IMG/VR virus record: IMGVR_UViG_3300027782_000036
Direction: 5' to 3' (one strand)
Origin: a virus
Length of the DNA: 64,000 nucleotides
Of the stretch, positions 7,536 through 17,024 are shown piece by piece. A program made the position numbers and the translations under genes. The stretch's first letter is position 1, and each line of letters starts with the position of its first letter. The notes beneath the pieces are model-generated. The model saw nothing but the letters and a program-made list of their open reading frames with translations. It was not told the DNA's origin and did not search any database.

Positions 7536-7969
7536 TATGCAACCTCCTTAGCTTCTAATTTAACCTGTTCAAGTATCCAAGCAAAGTATTCTGACCATGT
7601 GCCTGAAAATATCTCTTTATCGTAACCATACACAAGGATTCTATCTTGCTGAATGTGGTACTCATATTCTTGCCAGTGATCTGCATTTAATACTGGTGCA
7701 TGCAAATAGAATTGGCCTGCTTCGGTTTTAAAGTTGGCAACCAATTGAGCTGCTAAGCAACCCATGCCATTGGCGATCTTTTTGTCTTGGTCTTGAATAC
7801 CTAAACCATTGACAATATACATGCCGTTTAAATAGTCAGCCAGCTCAGCACCATGACCAGTTGGATATCCATCGTATTGGCGATACAAGCAAATAATAGG
7901 TTTTTCTACTTTATTACCTTGCTCATCTTTATAATTCTCATACACATACGTTAATGATCTTGTTCCCAT
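7535..7969 (-). CDS. Conserved phage early hypothetical protein
   Basis: MGTRS...YRQYDGYP.GHG.EL motif; promoter at 8002-8029. Confidence 0.8.
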   Translation of the reverse strand: MGTRSLTYVYENYKDEQGNKVEKPIICLYRQYDGYPTGHGAELADYLNGMYIVNGLGIQDQDKKIANGMGCLAAQLVANFKTEAGQFYLHAPVLNADHWQEYEYHIQQDRILVYGYDKEIFSGTWSEYFAWILEQVKLEAKEVA

Positions 7970-8001
7970 AATTTATTTCCTTCTCAATTGTTTAAGATAA
8001 C

Positions 8002-8029
8002 ATTATATCACATCTGGATATAAAGGCAA
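8002..8029 (-). promoter_or_regulatory. Early promoter TTGCCT-16-TATAAT
   Basis: Hexamer match. Confidence 0.7.
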
Positions 8030-8041
8030 GCATTATTTTGC

Positions 8042-8413
8042 TTAATTAGTATCGATCCAAACACGACCGAAAATCAATTCACCACCATTATTTTTAACAT
8101 AAAAATCATTAGGAAAATCAATCACATGACCCAAAGTAGTATCAATTTCTTCCGTAATGTCTTCCACTTTCATACAACCAATAGTACCAGAATCAACCGA
8201 ATAACCTTGGCCTTCCTGATCTCTATAAAAGCCATCACCATAAGCAGTACCGAACATGGCGAATCTGCGACCATCTTTAAGAGTGTGAGCACCTTCGATG
8301 CTACGGCCTCTTTTATCAAGGGTCAATTCACATACTTCCGACCATTCCTTGTCAATAACATAGCAAAGGTCTCCAACATAATACTTGCCTGCCGGCATTT
8401 TATCAATTATCAT
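8042..8413 (-). CDS. Conserved hypothetical protein
   Basis: YYVGDLCYV, TAYGDG.Y and VDSGTIG motifs. Confidence 0.8.
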   Translation of the reverse strand: MIIDKMPAGKYYVGDLCYVIDKEWSEVCELTLDKRGRSIEGAHTLKDGRRFAMFGTAYGDGFYRDQEGQGYSVDSGTIGCMKVEDITEEIDTTLGHVIDFPNDFYVKNNGGELIFGRVWIDTN

Positions 8414-8589
8414 ACAGCCCCCGTGATTAAAGTTTCAATATAACGTGTGGAGCTTTTAATATTGCAAAGCTCACCAAGTATTTGCTTACTAACCTTGTCA
8501 CCATCTTGTGGTGTTAGGTTATTAATGATACGAGCCATACTATCAATAGCTTCGATGGCTCTTATTCTATTTAAATCATTGTCAGTCAT
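8410..8589 (-). CDS. Hypothetical protein, 59 aa (MTDNDLNRIRAIEAIDS...)
   Basis: Hand-translated; AAGGA RBS; ATGA overlap. Confidence 0.65.
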   Translation of the reverse strand: MTDNDLNRIRAIEAIDSMARIINNLTPQDGDKVSKQILGELCNIKSSTRYIETLITGAV

Positions 8590-8603
8590 TTTGTGTCCTT
8601 TTT

Positions 8604-8648
8604 AAGTTTATGTGACCATTATACACGATCTGGTATAAAAGGCAAGCA
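8604..8648 (-). promoter_or_regulatory. Early promoter cassette TTGCCT-16-TATAAT
   Basis: 27 bp (8604-8630) identical to 8970-8996. Confidence 0.8.
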
Positions 8649-8954
8649 TTATTTTATAGCATTTACGATACGGTTATAGATGTCTTTTTTAGACATATAA
8701 TAAGCATAATCCTTGTCATTTTCTCTAAAATTAGACCATTGGTTGCTATTTTGGCGCTCTAGGATGGCGTCCTTAAGCTTGCCAGGCGCCTCATAATGTG
8801 ATATAAAGCCACCTTTATTATAATGAGCAATAAAACCATTGGCCAAGTATAAAAAGTTGTATGCTTTCTTGGTGAGCTTACTTGGATCAACCACAGCTCT
8901 TTTTACAGCGTTGATTATATGAAGCTTTTCTGCTTCGGTGTGTGGAACTAACAT
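8649..8954 (-). CDS. Hypothetical protein
   Basis: AAGGAG RBS; LTKKAYNFL..GFIAHYN motif. Confidence 0.75.
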   Translation of the reverse strand: MLVPHTEAEKLHIINAVKRAVVDPSKLTKKAYNFLYLANGFIAHYNKGGFISHYEAPGKLKDAILERQNSNQWSNFRENDKDYAYYMSKKDIYNRIVNAIK

Positions 8955-8969
8955 TTTTGTCTCCTTTTC

Positions 8970-9014
8970 AAGTTTATGTGACCATTATACACGATCCGGA
9001 CCAAAAAGCAAGCA
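8970..9014 (-). promoter_or_regulatory. Early promoter cassette TTGCTT-16-TATAAT
   Basis: Repeat partner of 8604-8648. Confidence 0.8.
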
Positions 9015-9143
9015 CTATTTTTGGTAAATAATCAAAAAAACGCTTGCCAAAGGCTAAAAAGTGTGTTACTATTAGTATGTGGTTGGTGATATAAGGTATG
9101 GACCTTAGCTACCATGTGATTTAAAAAACAAATCAAATAATGC

Positions 9144-9171
9144 TTGACATTCACCGAAATACCTGTATAAT
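9144..9171 (+). promoter_or_regulatory. Consensus promoter TTGACA-16-TATAAT at the divergence point of transcription
   Basis: Perfect hexamers; AGGAGA RBS follows. Confidence 0.85.
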
Positions 9172-9201
9172 GTTAGTTCTAATTGAGTAGGAGATTATAT
9201 T

Positions 9202-10002
9202 ATGATTCGTAAAAAACGTAAAGTAGTTGTAAAACGTCAACCAAAAGAAACGGACATCCAGATCCGTGAGAAGTTGGCAGTAAGATTTGATGCTCTACAA
9301 GTAATGTCCGATGCTACGGCAGTTGGCAAAAATCGTTCTTTGATCGTATCAGGACCAGCTGGTCTCGGTAAGTCATTCACGGTTGAGGCCGCTGTTAAGA
9401 AGCATGGTGACAAAATCAATGCGGTAAGTATTAAAGGTTATGTTAGACCTACTGGCCTATACAAAACTTTATATGAAAACCGTTTCAAGAATTCGGTCAT
9501 TATATTTGATGATGCTGATTCTATTTTTAGTGATGATGTATCGCTTAATCTATTGAAAGCGGCTACAGATTCTACTAAAGGCCGTAAGCTTCAATGGTTA
9601 GCAGAGACAAAAATGTTAGATGAAGAAGGTGATCGTATGCCTAGATTCTTTGACTTTGAAGGCTCTGTGATATTCATTACCAATTATGACTTTGATGAGT
9701 TCATTGACCGTGGCCATAAGTTGTCACCACACTTTGAAGCTCTTATCTCTCGATCACACTACCTCGACCTTGCTATGAAAACAAAACAAGATTATGTGGT
9801 TCGTATCGAGCAAGTTGTTGAAGCTGGTATGCTCAAAGATAAATTAAGCAATTCAGAAATTAAAATGATTATGGAATTTATCCGTGAGAATAAGGAACAT
9901 CTGCGTGAGCTTTCGCTTCGTATGGTGCTCAAGCTATCAGACTTATTCAAAATGAATCCAGCAAAATGGCAATCGCTTGCCAAAATTACTTTAATGAAGT
10001 AA
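9202..10002 (+). CDS. AAA-type P-loop ATPase
   Basis: Walker A GPAGLGKS, Walker B IIFDDAD, sensor IFITN, SR finger. Confidence 0.85.
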   Translation: MIRKKRKVVVKRQPKETDIQIREKLAVRFDALQVMSDATAVGKNRSLIVSGPAGLGKSFTVEAAVKKHGDKINAVSIKGYVRPTGLYKTLYENRFKNSVIIFDDADSIFSDDVSLNLLKAATDSTKGRKLQWLAETKMLDEEGDRMPRFFDFEGSVIFITNYDFDEFIDRGHKLSPHFEALISRSHYLDLAMKTKQDYVVRIEQVVEAGMLKDKLSNSEIKMIMEFIRENKEHLRELSLRMVLKLSDLFKMNPAKWQSLAKITLMK

Positions 10003-10013
10003 AATGGTATTAA

Positions 10014-10349
10014 ATGATATTACACACACACATTAAAAAACGTAAGGCTAAAAAGCCTAATGCAAAACAACGCCAGCAGAAGGCAAGCTGGCAAGCTTTG
10101 CTCAAAAAATATGATGTTAAACCTGGTGATAAGTTGATACCGGTCGTTAAGATCGATCTACCACCTTATCGCAGGGAGACACCATACTATCCTAGCCTCA
10201 ATTCGGGATTAGGTAGCACCACTAAAAAACAGGCTAATACCTATACAGGTGATGCTATGATCGGTATCGGTCAATTACATAAATCTAATGCTGTGCCTGT
10301 ATTTAAACAATCAGATGCGGAAGACTTGGCTAAAATGAGGCGTGGATAA
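10014..10349 (+). CDS. Basic conserved T4-like hypothetical protein
   Basis: YTG..MIGIGQLHKSNAVPVF motif. Confidence 0.75.
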   Translation: MILHTHIKKRKAKKPNAKQRQQKASWQALLKKYDVKPGDKLIPVVKIDLPPYRRETPYYPSLNSGLGSTTKKQANTYTGDAMIGIGQLHKSNAVPVFKQSDAEDLAKMRRG

Positions 10350-10630
10350 TGTTTGATAATTTAACAATTAACCAACAGTTTAAAGTTTATCTATTCAGTT
10401 CATACTTGTATTATAAGGAAGATTTGAATCCAATGCCTGATAGTCACTTTGATATGTTATGTGATAACCTTTCTAAAAATTGGGATAACATTACACACTA
10501 TCATAAGAGCTTAATTACTAAATCAGACCTTGAGGCTGGCACAGGATATGCCATACAATATCCAACAATAGTGATAGGTGCCGCTCGTGCTTGGTACCGT
10601 GATATGATGGGGATTAAAAGATATGAATAA
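10349..10630 (+). CDS. Stand-alone protein resembling subdomain Ia of NAD+-dependent DNA ligase
   Basis: SYLYYKEDLNPMPDSHFDML resembles the Y.YY..D.P...D.EYD.L motif. Confidence 0.6.
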   Translation: MFDNLTINQQFKVYLFSSYLYYKEDLNPMPDSHFDMLCDNLSKNWDNITHYHKSLITKSDLEAGTGYAIQYPTIVIGAARAWYRDMMGIKRYE

Positions 10631-10871
10631 TGCTTTTGCTAGAAAAATGGCCGCTGATGAGTTAAGAGAAACCATATGTTTTATGGGTTTAATTGATGAG
10701 TGGCATTGTAAGACCAAAGAGGTAGACAAGTCAGGTAAAACTTTCTACACTTTAGATATGAGCAAGTCAGGTAAAATTAAGGTGTATTCGCCTAAATTTA
10801 TTTTAATAAATGACGTAAAATTGACCTCCGTGAGTGAGGCAAAACGATATATAGGTAAGGAGTTTATATGA
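10623..10871 (+). CDS. Hypothetical protein
   Basis: Operon packing. Confidence 0.7.
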   Translation: MNNAFARKMAADELRETICFMGLIDEWHCKTKEVDKSGKTFYTLDMSKSGKIKVYSPKFILINDVKLTSVSEAKRYIGKEFI

Positions 10872-11044
10872 TTTTCAGTATTGGTTTTGTATTATTTGCT
10901 ATTGGTAATTTGTGGTATCGTGGTTCACCAAACTATGGTGATTGGAGAGATACCGTTCAATTCGCACTACAAGTTATTGGTGCTGTATTGTTAAGTGTCT
11001 CATTATTAACTTTAGCCGTAAGATATTTACCTTAGGAGATTTAA

Positions 11045-11302
11045 TTGCCTCTATACGAAATCGTAACAAGAGATACAGTTGAAAATGTTAGATTAGTTGA
11101 AGCAGTAGATGAGCAAGAAGCAGTAGAGTTAGCGTTAGATAGTGGTTATGTACCAAGTGAATTCGGACAAAAACATATCGGTGAAGCAATTCATATGATT
11201 CTCGAGCCTCAAATGAGTTCAATCGATGAATGGCTAGATAGAAAAGAATCCCAAGATTACCACATAAAAATTCACAAAAATGGTATTGCCAAACGAAAAT
11301 AG
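11045..11302 (+). CDS. Hypothetical acidic protein
   Basis: AGGAGA RBS; TTG start; VEA.DE.EA.E.A motif. Confidence 0.7.
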   Translation: MPLYEIVTRDTVENVRLVEAVDEQEAVELALDSGYVPSEFGQKHIGEAIHMILEPQMSSIDEWLDRKESQDYHIKIHKNGIAKRK

Positions 11303-11347
11303 TTGTGGTATAATGGTATCTGAAAAATTGAGAAAGGTTTATATATT

Positions 11348-12568
11348 ATGAATTTGACAAAAACACAAAAGCAATTTGTTGTAAAAATTGAAGAGCGTTT
11401 TGGTAAGGCAGCTACAGTGAATCGTGAGCAAGTTACCAAGATCGCAGAAGAAAATAAATTTGGTTTTCCATATTGGTTAACCAAAGCACCATATCGTATT
11501 GGCCTTGGCGAATACAAAGTACCAGCACTTGCTGAAGAGGTTGAAATTGCACCAGTTGCCGAATTACAGGCAAAGGTGTTACCATTCCAACCTGTTCAAC
11601 ATCAATTCAAAGAAGATGTGTCCATACCTGAGGTTTACCCAGACTATGTGCCATTTGGTTTCTATAAAGACCTCAAAAACATTTTAAAATCAAAAGCATT
11701 CTATCCTGTATTCATTACTGGTTTATCCGGCAACGGCAAAACATTAATGGTTGAACAGACATGTGCTGATTTAAAACGTGAGTGTATTCGTGTGAATATT
11801 TCTGTTGAGACTGATGAGACCGACTTAATTGGTGGTCCAACATTGGTGAATGGTAACGTGGTAAATCGTGATGGACCTGTGCTTATTGCTATGAAGCGTG
11901 GCGCTGTGTTATTGATCGATGAAGTTGACCGTGGTTCAAGTAAATTGATGTGCTTACAGGGTATTTTAGAAGGCAAACCATATTACAATAAAAAATCAGG
12001 CGAAGTTATTTATCCTAAGGATGGATTTAATATCGTTGCTACGGCAAACACTAAAGGAAGAGGCTCTGATGAAGGTAAGTATTTATCCCAAATCTTAGAT
12101 GACGCTTTCCTAGAACGTTTTCCGATCACGGTTGAGCAGGAATATCCAGCAGTATCCATCGAGAAGAAAATTCTAACCCCATTGATTGATGATGAGACAT
12201 TCATTGACAATCTAATTAAATGGGCTGATGTTATTAGACAAACATATGAAGAAGGTGGTGTGAGTGAGATTATATCTACTCGTAGATTAGTTCACATCGC
12301 TAAAGCATACAAGATTTTTGGTGAAAAGATGAAAGCAATTGAGCTTTGTGTTGCTCGTTTTGACGAGGATACAAAGATGTCATTCTTGGATCTTTACACT
12401 AAAATAGATGCAGGTGAAACTCTGAATCCAGAGGAAGCAGCTGCAGAAGTAGAAGTACCAAGTAGACCTAATGATACAATGTCACCAGCACAAGGTCCAC
12501 AAGGCGCACAAGGTGCTCCTTGGATACCAGCAGGTTCTAATTTATCAACAGGTAACACAACAATTTAA
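11348..12568 (+). CDS. cobS: CobS-like / MoxR-class AAA+ ATPase
   Basis: GLSGNGKT, DETDLIGG, LLIDEVD, ATANTKGRG, AFLERF, ISTRRLVHI as in the T4-like phage CobS family. Confidence 0.85.
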   Translation: MNLTKTQKQFVVKIEERFGKAATVNREQVTKIAEENKFGFPYWLTKAPYRIGLGEYKVPALAEEVEIAPVAELQAKVLPFQPVQHQFKEDVSIPEVYPDYVPFGFYKDLKNILKSKAFYPVFITGLSGNGKTLMVEQTCADLKRECIRVNISVETDETDLIGGPTLVNGNVVNRDGPVLIAMKRGAVLLIDEVDRGSSKLMCLQGILEGKPYYNKKSGEVIYPKDGFNIVATANTKGRGSDEGKYLSQILDDAFLERFPITVEQEYPAVSIEKKILTPLIDDETFIDNLIKWADVIRQTYEEGGVSEIISTRRLVHIAKAYKIFGEKMKAIELCVARFDEDTKMSFLDLYTKIDAGETLNPEEAAAEVEVPSRPNDTMSPAQGPQGAQGAPWIPAGSNLSTGNTTI

Positions 12569-12594
12569 TTTTTTATTATTAGGAGTATTATATT

Positions 12595-12879
12595 ATGGCA
12601 AGACGTGGTGAAGTTCACAATAAAATCGCAGTAGTTTTAAAATCAGCAGGTGGTAACACCGTAACGCTTGATGAATTAAAAACAGTATTCGCTGGCACAA
12701 AAATTGAGCCTGTGTTATACCGTATTTCAACTTACATTTGGAACATCAAAAAAGATGGCGGTGTAGTTCAATCAGTAAAAGATAAACGTAAACTTATCGG
12801 TTATCAATTGCTCAATCATGCTGAGTTCAATGACCAAGGTTATTGGGTTGGCAAGGCAGACGTTAAGGTGGCTGCATAA
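12595..12879 (+). CDS. Hypothetical protein, possible winged helix
   Basis: AGGAG RBS; YRISTYIWNIK motif. Confidence 0.7.
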   Translation: MARRGEVHNKIAVVLKSAGGNTVTLDELKTVFAGTKIEPVLYRISTYIWNIKKDGGVVQSVKDKRKLIGYQLLNHAEFNDQGYWVGKADVKVAA

Positions 12880-13085
12880 TGCAGTCATACCAAAAGAAAC
12901 CAGAGGTGTTCTTTGATGTGTCAAACGAAGAACACCGCTTGGCTGCTCAATATTTTATCAAGAATAATGCTTGGGGTTATCCATGGATTTTTGTATTAGA
13001 AAAAGGTTACAGGGATATTTCATGTATGGTTAAAGATAAGATGTTAAATTTTTACATAGAAAAGGATATTATCCATGTTGGATAA
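12879..13085 (+). CDS. Hypothetical protein
   Basis: TAATG coupling; FDVSNEEHR motif. Confidence 0.7.
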   Translation: MQSYQKKPEVFFDVSNEEHRLAAQYFIKNNAWGYPWIFVLEKGYRDISCMVKDKMLNFYIEKDIIHVG

Positions 13086-13236
13086 ACATTTCAGGTTGTC
13101 TAAAACAACCAAAAGATTGATGGCTCATCCTATCAATAATAAACTTAATGGTGTATATAAAGCTTTGATGTTAAGGGCTGAATCATCACGAAGTAAAGAA
13201 CGTGTTATTTTATCAAAACCCACAGATAAGGAATAA
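13075..13236 (+). CDS. Small basic hypothetical protein, 53 aa (MLDKHFRLSKTTKRLMA...)
   Basis: Hand-translated; AAGGA RBS; fills the gap between neighbours. Confidence 0.6.
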   Translation: MLDKHFRLSKTTKRLMAHPINNKLNGVYKALMLRAESSRSKERVILSKPTDKE

Positions 13237-13238
13237 TT

Positions 13239-13490
13239 ATGAGTATGTTCGTTGAAGTAGATTCAGTTGAAAAGAATTGTCCAGTTATTATTAATTTAGA
13301 TCAAGTGATTGAAATTGCACCATTATCTGCAGGTGGTTGTTTAATTAATTTCACCTATGATGGTGATATGGGTGTTCGTTCAATGAAAGTTAAGAATACA
13401 TATGAACAGTTCAAACAGTTTGCTATGCAGACGGTGACAGCTGAAGATATTCAGGCTCGTGTTGAACATATTAAAAAATTGGTTAAGTAA
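13239..13490 (+). CDS. Hypothetical protein
   Basis: AAGGA RBS. Confidence 0.7.
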   Translation: MSMFVEVDSVEKNCPVIINLDQVIEIAPLSAGGCLINFTYDGDMGVRSMKVKNTYEQFKQFAMQTVTAEDIQARVEHIKKLVK

Positions 13491-14290
13491 TGCAGTTATA
13501 CACCGTTATAGCCTTTCATTATGTTGAAAACAGGTTACAATATCTTGAACAAACATTATCTTCGTTGATTGACATCAATACCGATCACACCAAAATAGTT
13601 ATACAAACTAATGATGTGACAGATAAACAATTCAAACAAATGAAGATGTTATCAAGTCATCAACCTAAAAATGTTGAGATTGAGATTGAACCTGTTCGTG
13701 ACTTAAAAGATCCATTCATGCTGACATGGGCTCATAAATGTCGTATGTTAGATTTTAAAGAATCTACCTACACGCATTTCGCTTATCTTGAAGATGATAT
13801 GGTCTTGACACAAGATTTGATGGATTATTGGGTTAATACCCGAGCAGTGTTTAAAAAACGCAATCTTGATTTGATACCTGGTTTCTTTAGAATTGAATAT
13901 AAAGAAGGTCGTGCATATTCGGTTGACATCAAAGAACCATATCGTGTGAATAATCTAACCAAAGCCACTTTAGATCGTATCTATGTTTCATTACCACATC
14001 CATATCAAGGATGTTTCCTAATGGATCGAGAGTTGGTTGAAGAACATATTAGTTCACCATCATTTAGTCCCGAAACTTGTAGGCGTATTCCAAATACTGC
14101 CAATGATACGAGAGAACGTGCTAACTTTGGTAATACATATGAGAATATACCAGAAGGCTTTGCACATCGTATGTTGGTGCCTTTGGATATTTTTGTTGAA
14201 TGCTGGATTCACCATTGTGCTAACTCATATGTAAATATGCCTGACACACTACATGGTAAGTTACCAGCTGAACGTATATTTACCTATTGA
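13490..14290 (+). CDS. Putative GT-A-fold glycosyltransferase
   Basis: HFAYLEDDM DxD-like motif; NRLQYLEQTLSSL N-terminal helix. Confidence 0.65.
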   Translation: MQLYTVIAFHYVENRLQYLEQTLSSLIDINTDHTKIVIQTNDVTDKQFKQMKMLSSHQPKNVEIEIEPVRDLKDPFMLTWAHKCRMLDFKESTYTHFAYLEDDMVLTQDLMDYWVNTRAVFKKRNLDLIPGFFRIEYKEGRAYSVDIKEPYRVNNLTKATLDRIYVSLPHPYQGCFLMDRELVEEHISSPSFSPETCRRIPNTANDTRERANFGNTYENIPEGFAHRMLVPLDIFVECWIHHCANSYVNMPDTLHGKLPAERIFTY

Positions 14291-14385
14291 CAAGGACATT
14301 ATATTATGATACGATTGAGAACAATTAGAAATTGGTTTGTGGAATTGAAACGTAAAATTCAATATCACCCTTTTTGGATTAAATA

Positions 14386-14934
14386 ATGAATATCTTTTAC
14401 TTACATAATAACCCTAAAATTTGTGCTGAAATGCACAATAATAGCCATTGCGTGAAAATGATATTAGAGACCGCACAATTACTGTCTACGGCTCATCGTG
14501 TGTTAGATGGTCATGAAACAACTGTAATTACAGATAAAGGTCGAAAAGCTAAACGATGGATATTATCTGATGACAGAAATGAAGTATTGTATTCTGCCAC
14601 ACATATGAATCATCCATCGGCTGTATGGTGCAGGCAAAATAAAAGTAATTACTATTGGCTTTCATTATTACTTAAACAATTGTGTAAAGAATATACATAT
14701 CGTTATGGTAAAGTTCATAAATGTGAGCAATCAGGTTTAGTTGAAAAATTACAATGGACACCAAACAATATTCCTATCGGTGAGTTCACTGAACCTACTC
14801 CAGCCATGCCGGATATATACAAAGTAATAAATGATTCGATTACATCATATCGTAATTATTATAATGGCGCTAAAACACACTTGGCAAAATGGAAAAATAG
14901 GAATATACCTGAATGGTTTCAAGAACAATTGTAG
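14386..14934 (+). CDS. Pyrimidine-dimer DNA glycosylase-like protein
   Basis: MNIFYL...HCVKMILETAQLLSTAHR...H.NHPS..W...EYTYRYGKVH. Confidence 0.75.
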   Translation: MNIFYLHNNPKICAEMHNNSHCVKMILETAQLLSTAHRVLDGHETTVITDKGRKAKRWILSDDRNEVLYSATHMNHPSAVWCRQNKSNYYWLSLLLKQLCKEYTYRYGKVHKCEQSGLVEKLQWTPNNIPIGEFTEPTPAMPDIYKVINDSITSYRNYYNGAKTHLAKWKNRNIPEWFQEQL

Positions 14935-15539
14935 TCGATAGTTCCTATCATAAAACTGATTTATGTGTATTAGGTAAGTATTGTAATACAGATAAAAGTC
15001 CTTATGCTGAGAAAGGCACAGCCAATCATAGAAAAGGATATACAGCGGTATATGATATGTTATTTTCTCTATTTAAAAATAGGTCAATAAACTTTTGTGA
15101 AATTGGTATCGAACAGGGTGCCTCTTTACAGATGTGGGAAAAGTATTTTGATCAGGCCAGTTTATATGCCTTTGAATTAGATGATGAAAAGATTGAAAAA
15201 TGTAAATTATTGGCACCAAAAACAAATATATTAAAAACGGATGCAAGTAATGTTGAAGCTTTAGAAGAAACGTTTAAGAAAACGGAAGTTAAGTTTGATA
15301 TTATTATTGATGACGCTTCACATGATTTAGAACATCAACGTAATGTGTTAAAAGTGGCACCACAATATTTAAATAGTGGTGGAATATTAATCATTGAAGA
15401 TTTAGTGAGAACACAAGGTGAAGATATTTTTGATGAATTAATTCGAAATACTTTTATATTTGATTCTTTTATTATATGTATGCATGCCAATCAACAACAC
15501 GATTACAACGATAAAATTTGGTACGGAGTAAAAAAGTAA
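14913..15539 (+). CDS. Class I SAM-dependent (sugar O-)methyltransferase
   Basis: EIGIEQGASLQMW..YF, FDIIIDDASH, L.SGGILIIED. Confidence 0.85.
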   Translation: MVSRTIVVDSSYHKTDLCVLGKYCNTDKSPYAEKGTANHRKGYTAVYDMLFSLFKNRSINFCEIGIEQGASLQMWEKYFDQASLYAFELDDEKIEKCKLLAPKTNILKTDASNVEALEETFKKTEVKFDIIIDDASHDLEHQRNVLKVAPQYLNSGGILIIEDLVRTQGEDIFDELIRNTFIFDSFIICMHANQQHDYNDKIWYGVKK

Positions 15540-15811
15540 TGCCAAACTATGAATTTAAAAATACTGAAACAGATGAGATATTTGAAAAGAAAATGTCTTA
15601 TACTGAATTAGACCAATATCTATTGGATAATCCAACACATATTAGACATCATACAGGTACGCCTGTGTTATCTGATGGCTTACGTATGGATACACCAGGT
15701 ACAGGTAAACCAGATTCAACGTTTGAGAAGTATATCATCAACCGTATGAAAGAGACCATTCCAGGTAATACCATGAGTGGACATAAAACAAAAGGTCCTA
15801 GAGAGTGGTAG
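15539..15811 (+). CDS. FmdB-like small regulatory protein (Cys-less)
   Basis: MPNYEFKNTETDEIFE N-terminus typical of T4-like FmdB-annotated ORFs; start moved to ATG 15539. Confidence 0.65.
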   Translation: MPNYEFKNTETDEIFEKKMSYTELDQYLLDNPTHIRHHTGTPVLSDGLRMDTPGTGKPDSTFEKYIINRMKETIPGNTMSGHKTKGPREW

Positions 15812-15812
15812 T

Positions 15813-16475
15813 ATGACAATTTTTTATCATGGCAGTCCAAAGAAGTTAGACACAATAACATCAGTCACCAACGGAGATACTGGTAAAAGAGTATATCATG
15901 TATCTGGTGATGTCTTTTTACCATCTATTACTACCGTTTTATCTATTCTATCGAGAGATGGTATCGCTAAATGGCGTCAAAATGTAGGTGAAGAAGAGGC
16001 TAATAGAATATCACGCCATGCCTCTGGCCGTGGTACCTCCGTTCATTTAATGTGTGAGAAGTATCTACAAAATGACACGCATGATGGTATGCCAGACGCA
16101 AAAAGTATGTTTAATACCATTAAACCGCTCTTAAATAGCATAAATAAAATACAATACCAAGAACAGGGACTATATTCTACCAAATTAGGTGTGGCTGGTT
16201 CGGTTGATTGTATTGCAGAATATGAAGGTGTTTTATCAGTCATTGACTTTAAAACAGCCTCTAAACCAAAAAAGGAAGAGTTTATCGAAAACTACTTCTT
16301 ACAGACAACGGCATATGCCTTAATGTATGAAGAATTAATAGGTACACCGATCAATCAAATAGTTATTCTTATTGCTGTAGATGGCCAAGAGCCACAAGTA
16401 TTTAAGAAAAACCCAGCAGACTACATTAACAGGCTAGTCGAAGTTATCGATCAATATAAAAAGGAAAATAATTGA
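15813..16475 (+). CDS. PD-(D/E)XK exonuclease
   Basis: PSITTVLS, RGTSVH, GSVDCIAE...IDFKT, YFLQ..AY. Confidence 0.85.
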   Translation: MTIFYHGSPKKLDTITSVTNGDTGKRVYHVSGDVFLPSITTVLSILSRDGIAKWRQNVGEEEANRISRHASGRGTSVHLMCEKYLQNDTHDGMPDAKSMFNTIKPLLNSINKIQYQEQGLYSTKLGVAGSVDCIAEYEGVLSVIDFKTASKPKKEEFIENYFLQTTAYALMYEELIGTPINQIVILIAVDGQEPQVFKKNPADYINRLVEVIDQYKKENN

Positions 16476-16945
16476 AATTATTATACTCATTACTATTAAC
16501 TATTTCATTCTCAGCTTATGCTGAAGTGCCACAGAAACCAAATAGTGTTATGACACCTGGTGCTATCAATGTGGAAGCAAATAAAAATGTTATTTGTAAT
16601 GTTGGTTATACTGCTGGTGTGGATTCACATGGCAACAAAGTGCGTAATGTTCCTGAATCATTAAAACAACGTATCTATGATCAATATAAAATTGACCGTA
16701 AATCTGATAGATTTGAAATCGATCATCTTATCTCATTACAATTGGGTGGTTCAAATGACGCTAAAAATTTATGGCCACAGTCATATACGACCCAACCATA
16801 TAACGCATATATGAAAGATGATTTAGAAAATAAAATGAAAAAAATGATATGTGAAGGTAAAATTTCACAAGAACAAGCACAAAAAGAAATATCATCAGAT
16901 TGGACTAAAGCATATGAAAGTTATGTGCGTCCATACAAAAAATGA
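16472..16945 (+). CDS. HNH-fold nuclease-like protein with a Sec signal peptide
   Basis: MKLLYSLLLTISFSAYA-E; EIDHLISLQLGGSNDAKNLWPQ; two Cys. Confidence 0.8.
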   Translation: MKLLYSLLLTISFSAYAEVPQKPNSVMTPGAINVEANKNVICNVGYTAGVDSHGNKVRNVPESLKQRIYDQYKIDRKSDRFEIDHLISLQLGGSNDAKNLWPQSYTTQPYNAYMKDDLENKMKKMICEGKISQEQAQKEISSDWTKAYESYVRPYKK

Positions 16946-17024
16946 AAACTTTAATGGCATTTTTATTGATGGTAATAATTTTATTAATTGCATCAATTAA
17001 ATTACCATTATTGTTTTAAACGGC

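Noticed and set aside
15813-16475. Cas4 / CRISPR association
   Set aside because: No Fe-S cysteine cluster and no array; ordinary T4-like exonuclease.
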